Shown piece after piece: positions 1-9,863 of a stretch of DNA of 46,914 bases. The first letter of the stretch is position 1. The number at the start of each line of letters is the position of its first letter. Source of the DNA: Chlamydiales bacterium (GTDB lineage: Bacteria > Chlamydiota > Chlamydiia > Chlamydiales > JARBTN01). Under the pieces are notes generated by a model. It did no database searches, was not told where the DNA came from, and saw only the letters and a program-made list of their open reading frames with translations. The stretch spans positions 1 to 46,914 of the forward strand of contig JARBTN010000002.1 in assembly GCA_029240195.1 (NCBI GenBank). The letters run 5' to 3'. The position numbers were made by a program, and so were the translations under genes.

Positions 1-2
1 AA

Positions 3-896
3 CTGGCAGCCAATCTAAAAGAGCTCTCCCTCTTTAAACAGATGGCCTCTCATCTGACTTTTCCCCGCCATAAGATCGCCTTTGAGCAGTTTCTCATCCG
101 CTTTTTGGCCTCTTCTTATGGCATTCCCCAAAAAAAAGAGGAAGTGCTCTCTTACCTGGAACAGGGCTTTTTCAAGTATGGCGATATCTCTTTAGCGAAA
201 GTCTTCTTCCATCTTTTAAAAGGAGATGCCCCAGAATCCCTCTTTGCCCATTTTTTTCAAGAGATCGACGTCACTTGGAAAAATGAAAAAGAGCAGACAG
301 CTCTTGATTTGGCAGCACGCTATGGCCGGGGAGAAATCGCTCTTCGCCTGTTAGAGATGGGCGCTTTAGCTAACACGGATAGAGACAACCGCTCCTCCCT
401 TTTCCAAGCCGTCATCGGCAATCAAGCAGCTCTCATCCTTCCTCTTTTAGAGAAGGGCGCAGCTATCGATCAGATGGGACATTCGCCTGATTACCCAGGG
501 CAGGAGACAGCGCTCCATCTGGCCGCTCGCCGCCGCTTCTTCCCTTGCCTTAAAGCTCTTTTATCTGCCGAGGCAAGGAGAGATCTTTCCGGCATCGAAG
601 GGCGCACTCCTTTTCTTGAAGCTGTGATCAGCGGCCACCTCCCCTCTATCGAGCTTTTGAGCCGAGGCTTTCCATCCAGCCAGATGCAAGATATCGCCGG
701 CAACAACGCTCTGCACTTAGCGCTCCTCCACTCTGGAAAATTCCGCTGGGCTGAGACCAAAGAGCTCTTAAGTTTCTTACGCCACCTAAACGTCGATGCC
801 AGAGCTTGCAACTTAACCGGGCAATCTCCCCTTCAGCTGGCCTCTTCTTTAAATGCACCCATAGAGGTATTAAACATATTGAAAATTAAGAAGTAA
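3..896 (+). CDS. Ankyrin-repeat protein, probably 5'-truncated by the window edge
   Basis: Several ANK motifs: TALDLAARYG, SSLFQAVIGN, TALHLAARR, TPFLEAVISG, NALHLALLH, SPLQLA. The frame is open from base 3 (LAANLKELSLFKQ-M42), so the true start may lie upstream of the window. Confidence 0.85.
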   Translation: MAANLKELSLFKQMASHLTFPRHKIAFEQFLIRFLASSYGIPQKKEEVLSYLEQGFFKYGDISLAKVFFHLLKGDAPESLFAHFFQEIDVTWKNEKEQTALDLAARYGRGEIALRLLEMGALANTDRDNRSSLFQAVIGNQAALILPLLEKGAAIDQMGHSPDYPGQETALHLAARRRFFPCLKALLSAEARRDLSGIEGRTPFLEAVISGHLPSIELLSRGFPSSQMQDIAGNNALHLALLHSGKFRWAETKELLSFLRHLNVDARACNLTGQSPLQLASSLNAPIEVLNILKIKK

Positions 897-972
897 ACTG
901 AAAATCATGTTCATATAATTTCTTTTATGTTATTTATTATTTAAATATAATAATAAAAAACGGAAGGCGTAT

Positions 973-1692
973 ATGGACAATATAAAAAGAAATTATCATA
1001 TTGAAGGCGAAGGATTTTCTTTTGATATCATTCCAACAAAGAACCCCCAAGATTCTAAAGCGACCCAACTGATCTGCCAAAAAATAGATCCTCTCACCGA
1101 CAATTTTTCTTTAGAAATGCTGAATAAAGCTGGGGGAGCCCTATTGTTTATTGGCGGGCTATTTTCCAATTACCCCGGCAATTTATGGAAAAATCGAAAA
1201 ATCACGACCGTTAAGATCGAAGGGGAAACAAAGGTTCAGGCTGTGACTTACCAGCTATTTCAAAGGGAAAAGTCCGCGGATAAGCTAAAAAAAATTTTTA
1301 AAATGATCGTCGAAAGCGAACTACACCCCGAAAACGTGAGCGCTAAACAAGCTTACTCCATCTTTGAGGCATTGACCTCCCTGAAAAAAATTGAACCCAG
1401 CCACCATTATTGGAATAGAGAGTTAGATGTCTCTGAAATGGATGAAGAGGAGCGCCAATTTTACTTTTTAAAGCAAGATACGACTGCCTTATACTGGCTA
1501 TATCGAGCAGCAGAGAAGGGGCATGAAAAAGCCCTTATTACCTTATCTAAATATTCTACGATGTTGGAAATAGAGAGCGAGTATCAAAATATTCAAGATC
1601 AATTGCCTACAGAGGCGCAAAAAGAGGATTATGATGCCTTGAGAAAAGTCATTCGGGATTTCTTGGCGAAGACCCCCACTCAAAAACGCTGA
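973..1692 (+). CDS. Hypothetical protein with one Sel1-like repeat, candidate effector
   Basis: 239-aa ORF, more AT-rich than its neighbours, with GGAAGG upstream. ALYWLYRAAEKGHEKALITL matches the SLR pattern A..WY.KAAE.G...A...L. Confidence 0.6.
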   Translation: MDNIKRNYHIEGEGFSFDIIPTKNPQDSKATQLICQKIDPLTDNFSLEMLNKAGGALLFIGGLFSNYPGNLWKNRKITTVKIEGETKVQAVTYQLFQREKSADKLKKIFKMIVESELHPENVSAKQAYSIFEALTSLKKIEPSHHYWNRELDVSEMDEEERQFYFLKQDTTALYWLYRAAEKGHEKALITLSKYSTMLEIESEYQNIQDQLPTEAQKEDYDALRKVIRDFLAKTPTQKR

Positions 1693-1715
1693 CTGTGGCA
1701 GACCTCGCAAAAGGC

Positions 1716-1743
1716 AAGGGCGCCCGAAAGCGCCCTTTTTTTT
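1716..1743 (+). terminator. Intrinsic terminator between convergent genes
   Basis: AAGGGCGC-ccgaaa-GCGCCCTT followed by a T-run. Confidence 0.7.
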
Positions 1744-1746
1744 CAG

Positions 1747-2604
1747 CTATTCAAAGGCAAGGGGCGACAGCCCATCTTGGATAGAAGGCGTCGAATAGGT
1801 GCGGCGCAAGCCGTGCCGTTTCTTTAAGACGGCGCCTTGCAGGTGCTGCATGATCTTGATCCCTAAATCGATATGCTCATCGGTATGTTCAGCAAACACT
1901 TTTTGGCTGCTCTTTTTCGTCTTATAGCCATCCGGCTGCAAAGGCAAGTCGGAAATTAAGAGCAGAGCCCCAAGCGGCAACTTATGGAAATAACCCCCCG
2001 TAAATAAGGTGGCGCATTCCATTTCGATGGCCTGCGGCCGCATGCTCTTGAGCCGCGTCTTAAAGTGATCGTTAAATTCCCAGATGCGCTTATTGAGCGT
2101 GTAGGTGATGCCAATATGGAAGGGGATATTTTCCTTTTCCAAAATATGCGACACCGACTTTTGAATCATGAAATTGGCCATGGCCGGCACTTCTTGCGGG
2201 AAATAAAACTCCGACGTCCCCTCCCCGCGGATGGCGGCGACGGGAAAGAAGTACTCCCCCACTTCATAATGGCGCCTCAAGCCCCCGCACATACCGAGCA
2301 GCAGCGAGGCTTTGATCGGCAAAAATGCGCAGAGGTCGACGACCAAAGCGGCCGCCGGCGAGCCAATCTTAAAATCGAGGATGCTGATGCCCAGGTCCGG
2401 GGCATGGGCCACGCTGAACATCGACCCATGGAAGAGCGGCACGCGCAATTTTTCGGCAAAGTGCTCCACATATTTTGGGAAGTTGGTGAGCAAAACATAG
2501 GGCTGGAATAGCTCGATACTCGAGCCTGAATAGCGCTCTAAAGTGTCTCTCGCGTACTGGGCTTCTTTACTCTTCATCAGTTCTTCTAAGGCATCTTGCT
2601 GCAT
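1747..2604 (-). CDS. amn: AMP nucleosidase (PNP/UDP family)
   Basis: LLTNF, GSPAAALVVDL, LGMCGGL, AAIRGEGTS, AIEMECATLF and LLISDLP motifs; divergent from efp as in chlamydiae. Confidence 0.9.
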   Translation of the reverse strand: MQQDALEELMKSKEAQYARDTLERYSGSSIELFQPYVLLTNFPKYVEHFAEKLRVPLFHGSMFSVAHAPDLGISILDFKIGSPAAALVVDLCAFLPIKASLLLGMCGGLRRHYEVGEYFFPVAAIRGEGTSEFYFPQEVPAMANFMIQKSVSHILEKENIPFHIGITYTLNKRIWEFNDHFKTRLKSMRPQAIEMECATLFTGGYFHKLPLGALLLISDLPLQPDGYKTKKSSQKVFAEHTDEHIDLGIKIMQHLQGAVLKKRHGLRRTYSTPSIQDGLSPLAFE

Positions 2605-2762
2605 AGTGGCTCGCTCTATATATTTAATCTCTTATTTGTTATGCCCTATATAATAATGGGCGATTTTTTGGCGACCTTTTGCCCAAGTATCTTTTTTTTC
2701 CTCTCAATTTGCAGCTTTAGCTCAACAGGGCAGCAAATTTGCAGAAGGGAAGCAATCCTCTC

Positions 2763-2791
2763 TAGACAGCTGGCCCTCTTTCCGTTATAGT
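2763..2791 (+). promoter_or_regulatory. Sigma66/sigma70-type promoter for efp
   Basis: TAGACA-N17-TATAGT about 40 nt upstream of the efp ATG. Confidence 0.6.
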
Positions 2792-2830
2792 GATCGTCCG
2801 TTTAATTGAAAAAAGACGAAGGATCAGATT

Positions 2831-3406
2831 ATGGCTCAAGTCAGTACAAATGAATTTAAAGCTGGATTGAAAGTCGAGATGGAAGGGCAGCCTTACACAA
2901 TCGTCAGCAATGAATTTGTCAAACCAGGTAAAGGGCAAGCCTTTAACCGGGTGCGCTTAAAACAGATCATCACCGGCAGAGTGACCGAGAAGACGTTTAA
3001 ATCGGGCGAAAAGCTCGATGTCGCCGACGTGGTGGAGACGAAGATGCGCATGCTGTATAAAGATCAGCAGGGCGGCGTCTTCATGGATGATGACTCTTTT
3101 GAGCAGTTCACCATCCCCTACGAGCAGATCGAGAGCGTCGTCGATTGGCTGATGGATGATCAGATCTATGACATCATCTTCTACAAAGGGCAACCCGTCA
3201 CCGTCGAGCCCCCCACATTCATGGAAATGCGCATTGTCGAGACAGCTCCTGGCGTGCGAGGCGATACAGCTTCTGGCCGTGTGCTAAAGCCCGCAGTCAC
3301 TGAAAGTGGCGCCAAGATCCAAGTGCCGATCTTTGTCGAAGAAAATGAGCTGGTGAAAGTGGACACGCGCACGGGAGAGTATGTCAGCCGTGCCTCTGGC
3401 AACTAA
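2831..3406 (+). CDS. efp: Elongation factor P
   Basis: VKPGKGQAF loop, PGVRGDTA, VDTRTGEYVSRA. Confidence 0.97.
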   Translation: MAQVSTNEFKAGLKVEMEGQPYTIVSNEFVKPGKGQAFNRVRLKQIITGRVTEKTFKSGEKLDVADVVETKMRMLYKDQQGGVFMDDDSFEQFTIPYEQIESVVDWLMDDQIYDIIFYKGQPVTVEPPTFMEMRIVETAPGVRGDTASGRVLKPAVTESGAKIQVPIFVEENELVKVDTRTGEYVSRASGN

Positions 3407-3408
3407 AG

Positions 3409-4338
3409 ATGCGAGACAAAATTGCCTGTCTGAAAGAGCGCGCCCGCATGTTAGCTGCGGCGCGCTCCTTTTTTGCCGAGCGGGGCGTGATGGAAGTCGA
3501 CTGCCCCTCTCTCAGCCAAAGAGCCTGTATTGATGCCTATATCGACTTAATCGAAGCGAAGATGGGGCAAACCCCCTGCTACCTCCACAGCTCTCCCGAG
3601 TATGGGATGAAAAGGCTGCTGGCCTTGGGCCTTCGAGATATCTATCAGATCTCCCATGTCTTTCGCTCCGGCGAAGTGGGCAGAAAACATAACCCCGAAT
3701 TTACCATGGTCGAGTGGTACCGCACCGGCCTGCCGTTCCAAGCGCTCATCGAAGAGACCCTCTCATTCATTTCCCTTTTCATCGAAGCGCCTTTGGTCTC
3801 TTATCTAACATATAGCCAAGCTTTTCAAAAGTATGCCGGATTTTCCTATGAAGAAGCTAGCGTCCCCTTTTTAAAAGGGCAAATTGAAAAGGCTCAAATC
3901 ATCAGCCACGCTGAAAGTTATGAAGACTTAATTGATGTCACCTTCTCCCTATTTGTAGAGCCCCATCTCGGACGAGATGAGCTGACTGTCCTCTTAGAGT
4001 TTCCAGCCTTTCAAGCCTCCTTGGCCAAAACGCGCCTCGTTCGAGGAACTCGCGTCGCCGATCGCTTTGAGGTCTACTATCAGGCCCTGGAGCTTTGCAA
4101 TGGCTACCACGAGCTGACCGAGCCTTTGGAACAAGAAAAAAGGCTGCTCTTGGCCAATGCGGAGAGACAATTGCTTGGCAAGAGCACCTATCCCATCGAT
4201 CACCTGTTTTTAGAGGCTCTCAAGCAAGGGCTGCCAGACTCTGTTGGCGTCGCCGTCGGCTTCGACCGGCTGATGATGCTTCGGCTGCAAGCAGATGAAA
4301 TCGGCTCTGTCATCCCTTTTGATTGGCACGAGGCTTAA
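3409..4338 (+). CDS. epmA: EF-P lysine aminoacylase EpmA (GenX/PoxA)
   Basis: LysRS-like catalytic core without an anticodon domain: YLHSSPEYGMKRLL, HNPEFTMVEWY, ELCNGYHEL, GVAVGFDRL; starts 2 nt after efp. Confidence 0.93.
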   Translation: MRDKIACLKERARMLAAARSFFAERGVMEVDCPSLSQRACIDAYIDLIEAKMGQTPCYLHSSPEYGMKRLLALGLRDIYQISHVFRSGEVGRKHNPEFTMVEWYRTGLPFQALIEETLSFISLFIEAPLVSYLTYSQAFQKYAGFSYEEASVPFLKGQIEKAQIISHAESYEDLIDVTFSLFVEPHLGRDELTVLLEFPAFQASLAKTRLVRGTRVADRFEVYYQALELCNGYHELTEPLEQEKRLLLANAERQLLGKSTYPIDHLFLEALKQGLPDSVGVAVGFDRLMMLRLQADEIGSVIPFDWHEA

Positions 4339-4387
4339 AACCCAACTTGCCACTTACATCAAACTTGAACATGCCCTGTCCTGCGGG

Positions 4388-4590
4388 AAAGGGAGGGAAG
4401 AGCTCTATCCTCCCCCCTTCACCCCTCTTCCAACAAAAGCTAAATCTTTGTGGAATTCCCAAAAGGCTTTAACCCTTGGGCGGATAGCCCATGGGTTAAA
4501 GCCGTTTTATAAGACCTAAGGATTGCAAAGGGCTAGCCCTTTGCCGGTGAGGGGTCTAAGGGGAGAGGCAGCGCCTCTCCCCTTTTTTTT
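4388..4590. repeat. Inverted pair of REP-like repeats around a central hairpin
   Basis: Copy at 4388-4460 (+), copy at 4520-4590 (-), and hairpin GGCTTTAACCC..GGGTTAAAGCC at 4465-4503; related copies lie at about 10242 and 44402. Confidence 0.65.
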
Positions 4591-6216
4591 CTAGCGGTAG
4601 GTGATGGGATAGCGCCAGCCGGCGGAAAAGGAGTTTTCAGAAACGCAAAACGCGAAGGGAGCTTGCCGCCTTTTATACTCGAAGCGGTGGATGCGTTCAA
4701 TGAGGCTCTCCACAAGTTCGAGCGGCAGATTGAACTCGCAGGCGATTTGAGCCGGAGAGAGGGCATCGATCAGGTAGCTTGCGACGACATGGTCGACGAT
4801 ATCATAGTCGGGCAGGGAGTCGCTATCTTTTTGATTGGGGGCCAGCTCAGCGGAAGGGGGCCGAGTGAAGGTATGCTCAGGGATGGCCGGCTGCAAGTGG
4901 TTGAGGTGGCGCGCCAGGTGATAAACTTCATGCTTGAGCAAGTCGCCGATGGGGCTGATAGCGCCGACCAGATCGCCATAGAGAGTGGAGTAGCCCATCG
5001 CCCACTCGCTTTTATTGCCGGTCGACAAGACCAGATAGCCGTGTTTATTGGCTAGGGCCATCAAGAGCATGCCGCGAATGCGCGCTTGTAAATTCTCTTC
5101 GGTTACATCAGCGGGCTTATTTTGAAAATGGGGTGATAAGGTATCTAGATAAGCATGGAAAAGGGGCTCGATGGAGATCTCTTCGAGCTGAATGCCGAGC
5201 GCCTTGGCCAAATTTTCTGCGTCATCAAAGCTCTCTTTTGAGGAGTATCTAGAGGGGAGGGCAAATCCGACGACATTTTCTTTACCGAGCGCGCGCACGG
5301 CTAATGCGGCGACGAGCGCTGAGTCGATGCCGCCAGAGAGGCCAAGGCAAGCTTTTGTAAAGCCACATTTTTGAAAGTAGTCACGGATTCCCATGACCAG
5401 CGCCTGCTCGAGATCGCTCAAAGGATTGATTAAAATCTCTTTGGAAAGGGGGGCTGCATCCTCTATCGAAGCAAAGAGCCACCCTTCTGAAAAGCCTGCA
5501 ACTTCTTCGATGAGGCGCCCTTCCCGATCGATAAAGAGGCTGTGGCCATCGAAGAGAAGGGAGTCTAAAGAGCCCACTTGGTTGACTAGAAGGAGGGGGC
5601 AGTTTAAAAAGGAGGCGGCATTTTTGGCAACGTGAAGGCGCGTTTGCCGTTTATCGACCGTATAGGGAGAAGCTGAGAGATTGATTAGGCAGCTTAAGGG
5701 AGTTTTGAGCTCTTTGATAGAATGGACAGGGTCTTTTCGATAGCTATGAAGAGGTGTTTGGCCGCTGCATTGCCAAATATCTTCACAGATGGTCAAAGCC
5801 AGCGTATGCCCTTGAATGGTGAAGAGCTGGACGCTTTCAGCCTCTTGAAAGTAGCGCTTTTCATCGAATACGCCGTAATTGGGCAGCAGCGTTTTATCTT
5901 GAAATCCGAGCCATGTCCCATGGGAGATGACGGCGGCGCTATTATATAGTTTGCCCTGCTCAGAGCGGGGAAAGCCGACGATGATGGCAATCGGCAATGC
6001 GGCATCTTGCAGCTTTTGGAGCGCTTTTTCCACCTGAGTTAAAAAGGCGGGGTGCAGGAGAAAGTCGCCTGGCGGATAGCCGGTCAGCGCCATCTCAGGA
6101 AATACGATCAAGTCGGCGCCTTGAGAGATGGCCTCTTCGGCGTCGGCGATGATTTTCTTGAGGTTGAATTCAACTTTGGCGACAGTTGGGTTAAACTGTC
6201 TAAGCGCTATCTTCAT
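4591..6216 (-). CDS. nadE: Glutamine-dependent NAD+ synthetase
   Basis: N-terminal nitrilase domain (FPEM, DKTLLP, ICEDIW triad) plus NAD synthase domain (LGLSGGIDSA, ENLQARIR, TGNKSE, PPSAEL). Start placed at MKIALRQ (6216), giving an ATGA overlap with the upstream gene. Confidence 0.95.
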   Translation of the reverse strand: MKIALRQFNPTVAKVEFNLKKIIADAEEAISQGADLIVFPEMALTGYPPGDFLLHPAFLTQVEKALQKLQDAALPIAIIVGFPRSEQGKLYNSAAVISHGTWLGFQDKTLLPNYGVFDEKRYFQEAESVQLFTIQGHTLALTICEDIWQCSGQTPLHSYRKDPVHSIKELKTPLSCLINLSASPYTVDKRQTRLHVAKNAASFLNCPLLLVNQVGSLDSLLFDGHSLFIDREGRLIEEVAGFSEGWLFASIEDAAPLSKEILINPLSDLEQALVMGIRDYFQKCGFTKACLGLSGGIDSALVAALAVRALGKENVVGFALPSRYSSKESFDDAENLAKALGIQLEEISIEPLFHAYLDTLSPHFQNKPADVTEENLQARIRGMLLMALANKHGYLVLSTGNKSEWAMGYSTLYGDLVGAISPIGDLLKHEVYHLARHLNHLQPAIPEHTFTRPPSAELAPNQKDSDSLPDYDIVDHVVASYLIDALSPAQIACEFNLPLELVESLIERIHRFEYKRRQAPFAFCVSENSFSAGWRYPITYR

Positions 6217-7199
6217 AGTCCTTCCTCTTGTCCTTCCTCTACAAACATGAACGGATCTCCCCAATCTACTTTCTTTGCCTTTTTATAAGAAGCGTGTTTT
6301 TTGGAAAGGAGCGCCCTATCTAAAGTGCCTTCTGGAGAGCATAGCTCGAGGTAGAGGTGGCCGGTGTGTTTTTCCACCTCTTTCAGCACGCGGAAGGGGT
6401 GCTGATCGGCAAACGGCTTTGGGCGTACAATCAAATAGCAATATTTTTCATCTTCCCAGGGCAAAGAGGCTTCTTTGACGATCCGCTGCAGAAAATTGCG
6501 GGGCAGCCGCTTGCGAAAATGGCACCAGCGGTCTTTGGGCATGGGGCAAGCGCTGGCGTGAGGGCAAGGAGCAACGATCGAGGCGTTCAGCGATAAGAGG
6601 AGATCGCGGCACTGCAGCAGGGTCTGAAAACCGCGCGGGGTGCCCGGTTCGGTGATGACTAAGAACTGATTGGCGGCCAGAAGGGCATTTTTCAAGATCT
6701 CGGGCAATTTGGCGGGCTTCACTTCGCCGATCGAATAGGAGAAGAGGACCAAGTCAGCCTGAGCGTCTTTTTTTTCGCACATATCCTGCCTGGAAATGGT
6801 CAGGCCAGCTGAATAGACAGGGTTCAGTAGAGACTCTGCAATAGACAGCGCCTTTTCCGACTGCTCGACTAAAGTCAGCGATTGGATGGAGGGAAAAAGG
6901 TCGAGGGCGGCAAAGGTGGCGGCGCCGAGGCCGGCTCCCACATCGATGACTGATTGGATGGGCGTTTGATGGATGGCCTCAATTTGCTCGAGCACGGTGT
7001 GCATGACGGCAAATGTCGCCGGAGCGCGCGCGGCCAAGTAGCTATAGAGAAAAGAGTCTTTTTGAAAAAGAGCTGAAGAACCAAAACCTTCGCGATAAGC
7101 CTTAGAAAGGAGCTCAAAGGATTTCTTCAGTTCGCTTTGGGGAAAGCGCTGGAGTTTTTCTTGGATGATTTGTTCGAGTGCCGAGAGAAAATGAGACAT
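6213..7199 (-). CDS. Rsm22/METTL17-family SAM-dependent methyltransferase
   Basis: YLAARAPATF, IDVGAGLG SAM motif, EPGTPRGF, APCPH...CP...WCHF, EDEKYCY. Confidence 0.85.
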   Translation of the reverse strand: MSHFLSALEQIIQEKLQRFPQSELKKSFELLSKAYREGFGSSALFQKDSFLYSYLAARAPATFAVMHTVLEQIEAIHQTPIQSVIDVGAGLGAATFAALDLFPSIQSLTLVEQSEKALSIAESLLNPVYSAGLTISRQDMCEKKDAQADLVLFSYSIGEVKPAKLPEILKNALLAANQFLVITEPGTPRGFQTLLQCRDLLLSLNASIVAPCPHASACPMPKDRWCHFRKRLPRNFLQRIVKEASLPWEDEKYCYLIVRPKPFADQHPFRVLKEVEKHTGHLYLELCSPEGTLDRALLSKKHASYKKAKKVDWGDPFMFVEEGQEEGL

Positions 7200-7266
7200 G
7201 GGCCTTTTCCGCGCTATTAGAGATAGGGAGCAGCGTGGATTCTGGCCGACTTAAGATAAAAGAGAT

Positions 7267-7350
7267 TGCGAAAGGGGGGACTTGAACCCCCACGGGATTT
7301 CTCCCTCTACCACCTCAAGGTAGCGCGTATGCCAATTTCGCCACTTCCGC
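7267..7350 (-). tRNA. tRNA-Leu(GAG)
   Basis: Reverse complement reads GCGGAAGTGGCGAAATTGGCATACGCG-CTACC-TTGAGGT-GGTAG, then a variable arm and GGTTCAAGTCC...TTTCGCA; CCA is not encoded. Confidence 0.95.
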
Positions 7351-7489
7351 ATATAGAGACTCTCAATATAGCAAAACAGGTTCTTTTTGCGCCAGTTTTT
7401 TTTCTTGCTCGCGCACTAAAAAACTTTCAAAAATAGGCGCAAAAAGCTTATGGTGTTAAAAACAACAGTTTTAAGGTTTCAATCATTTC

Positions 7490-8284
7490 ATGCTTTGCTC
7501 AGCTTTTTGTACCGCATCTTCGTATCAGCTGCCCCTTTTGGCAGAACATTTTAAAAAACGATTTAAGATCCAGCGCTTTAAAGATCTCATCCATATTGAG
7601 ATGAGTGGCGGCGAGGGCGAGATTAAAGATGCCTTTTGCTTCCTCTATGGAGCCACTCTCCTTTGGAATTTCTCAAAAGAAGAGGAGAGCGCCTTTTTGC
7701 TGGAGATCAAGGCCTTTGAAAATGAGCCGCTGGCCCAAATTGAGAGCGATAAATTCTATGCCTCTCCCGGCACAGCCAACCAGATTAGCGACAAACAGAT
7801 CCTCCTCTCCAACTTCGATTCCCTGAGCCGCACCGCCGCTTCCCATGCCATGGCCCAGTCGGTCAAATTGAATACCTTTGAGCTGGCAATCGGCAAGACC
7901 ATCGATAGCACAAGGCAAATTCCAGAAGAGCTGGCCGAAAAAGGAAAGATCGGATTAAAGCGAGGCGAGATTCGCCGCAAAATGGGGGCCCTTTTTTTAG
8001 AGCGCCATTCCATCAACTTGCATCTCGATTTTTTAGATAAGCCTGAGTTCTTTTGGGAATATGAGGCCTATGAGCCCATTTACAATATGACGGCCCATTA
8101 CTTGGACATCCAATCGAGGGTGAATATCCTCAATCAAAAGCTTAAGATTGTGAACGAGCTTTTTCAGATGATGCGCGATGAGCTCAACCACCAGCAGTCG
8201 ACACGGCTGGAGTGGGTCATCATCTGGCTGATCTTGCTGGAAGTGATCTTAACAGTCTTAATTGACATCTTCAAAATCTTGTAG
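7490..8284 (+). CDS. RMD1/DUF155 (YagE-like) family protein
   Basis: [51 protein letters not shown] with a C-terminal TM helix. Confidence 0.85.
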   Translation: MLCSAFCTASSYQLPLLAEHFKKRFKIQRFKDLIHIEMSGGEGEIKDAFCFLYGATLLWNFSKEEESAFLLEIKAFENEPLAQIESDKFYASPGTANQISDKQILLSNFDSLSRTAASHAMAQSVKLNTFELAIGKTIDSTRQIPEELAEKGKIGLKRGEIRRKMGALFLERHSINLHLDFLDKPEFFWEYEAYEPIYNMTAHYLDIQSRVNILNQKLKIVNELFQMMRDELNHQQSTRLEWVIIWLILLEVILTVLIDIFKIL

Positions 8285-8301
8285 AGCTCGTAGAATCTGA
8301 C

Positions 8302-8586
8302 ATGAAATTCTCGTTAAAACCCCTATTAAAGGGGTTGATCACCCTCTATCAGCTCTGCATCAGTCCCCTGCTCGGGAAAAACTGCCGCTTTTATCCAAGC
8401 TGCTCTTGCTATGCCAAAGAGGCCATCGAGCTGCATGGCAGCGGTATGGGCCTCTTTCTCACACTCAAGCGGCTCTTTAAATGCCACCCCTGGTATCCGG
8501 GAGGGTTCGATCCGGTCCCCCCGAAAGACCTCAATCAGGGGAGCAGGAGCTGCAGCCCTGGCCGCAAAAAGTCTGAGTCGAGCTGA
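8302..8586 (+). CDS. yidD: Membrane protein insertion efficiency factor YidD
   Basis: [37 protein letters not shown]. Confidence 0.92.
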   Translation: MKFSLKPLLKGLITLYQLCISPLLGKNCRFYPSCSCYAKEAIELHGSGMGLFLTLKRLFKCHPWYPGGFDPVPPKDLNQGSRSCSPGRKKSESS

Positions 8587-9863
8587 TTGAGCCTTTTTAA
8601 ATCTTCGACATCGGCGCCGAGCCGCCTGGCAATGGCCCAGAGCGTATCCCCTTCTTTGACCGTATAGAAAGAGGGTCGCTTAAAGCGCGCGGCGCTTTGT
8701 GAGAGGGTCTCGCAAGGAAAGCTCTCGCTGCGCGCCTTCCCCTGAAAAAGGGGGCTCTTCAGCTCGCTCTTGATCTCTTTAGATTTAGCTCTAGGTGGAG
8801 TGACAGGCACAGGTGGCATAGCAGGTGCAGGAGGCTTTAAGAGCGCCTCTGCCAGCTGCTGGCTTTCTAAAAGCCAATGCTGAGCCGCCTGCAGCACTTG
8901 GTCGGAGCGGGGGCTCTTGAGCAATTCCTGACAATAGACAGTTCCTTCTGCAGCCGGCGGGGTGAGCGCTGTCAGCAATTGGATACAGGCGCTATCTCTC
9001 AAGCGCTTTAAAGCAAAGTCCATGTCTGTCTTTAAAAAGAGAACAGCCGCATCTTCACTGCCGCATTTAATATAAGTCAAAAGGAGGCTGCGCCGGCTTT
9101 CCTGCTCAGATAGGGCGCTGTTGACAGCAGTCGCTGCCCACTCATGCAGATCGAGCCAAGATCCGGAAAGGAGCATGCGCATCAATCGGGAGCGTTCCCA
9201 AAAGATATGCGATCTGCCGATCAGCGTCTCAACAGTGATGAAATCGGTGGTGAGATAAAAGGCATCTTCAAGCGCTTTATCCGGCTTGCCTCCGGCTTTG
9301 AGATGAGCAAACAGCCCTTCGGTGGTCAAAGGCCACTGCTCTGTACGAGCAAAGTGCAGGATGGCTTGAAAATCTTCATCTTTCAGCCCTGGAAAGACCG
9401 TCAGCTTGACATGAGCATTGGGGTCGCTAGCTAGGTCAAAAAACAGAGAGCGTTTTTGCAGCGCTTGGCTGACCGGCTTTAAAGCGCGCTGGATATCGAA
9501 ATAGTGATAGTGGACAAGGCACGCCAGTGCCAAATCCCGCTCGCTATAACCATCTTCGACCATTTCCTGGCTTTCTAGCTTTTCCAGCAAAGCGGAAGAG
9601 GGGAGAAAAAGCAGGCTATTGAGCACTTCTTGGTTGGTCTTTTGCGTCGTGCTCGCTAAATGGGCCAGCAGATTGAAATGATAGAGGGAAGGAGAGAGAA
9701 AAGAGTCGCGCTTGGCCAAAAACGAGTAGATGCTAAAACTTAAAAACAGGATATTGCAAGACACGCTTAAAATGAGCAAGATGGAGATCAGGCGCAGCTT
9801 TTTAATCAGCGCCCCGCTCAGGGCAAAGTCCCTTTTTTTATCGTGTTTCTTGCTTTGAGACAT
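8535..9863 (-). CDS. Membrane-anchored LysM domain protein (chlamydial conserved)
   Basis: N-terminal TM segment and C-terminal LysM domain [29 protein letters not shown]...[10 protein letters not shown]. Confidence 0.85.
   Translation of the reverse strand: MSQSKKHDKKRDFALSGALIKKLRLISILLILSVSCNILFLSFSIYSFLAKRDSFLSPSLYHFNLLAHLASTTQKTNQEVLNSLLFLPSSALLEKLESQEMVEDGYSERDLALACLVHYHYFDIQRALKPVSQALQKRSLFFDLASDPNAHVKLTVFPGLKDEDFQAILHFARTEQWPLTTEGLFAHLKAGGKPDKALEDAFYLTTDFITVETLIGRSHIFWERSRLMRMLLSGSWLDLHEWAATAVNSALSEQESRRSLLLTYIKCGSEDAAVLFLKTDMDFALKRLRDSACIQLLTALTPPAAEGTVYCQELLKSPRSDQVLQAAQHWLLESQQLAEALLKPPAPAMPPVPVTPPRAKSKEIKSELKSPLFQGKARSESFPCETLSQSAARFKRPSFYTVKEGDTLWAIARRLGADVEDLKRLNQLDSDFLRPGLQLLLP

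Noticed and set aside
4295-4766. Short ORFs 4295..4519 and 4533..4766 (also 10161..10361 and 44363..44584) sharing PLPLxPSPAKG-like peptides
   Set aside because: They are translations of the non-coding REP-like repeat, not a protein family.
8535-8586. 52-bp convergent overlap of yidD and the LysM gene
   Set aside because: Probably a simple C-terminal run-on of yidD after its conserved DPVP end; no evidence of function.
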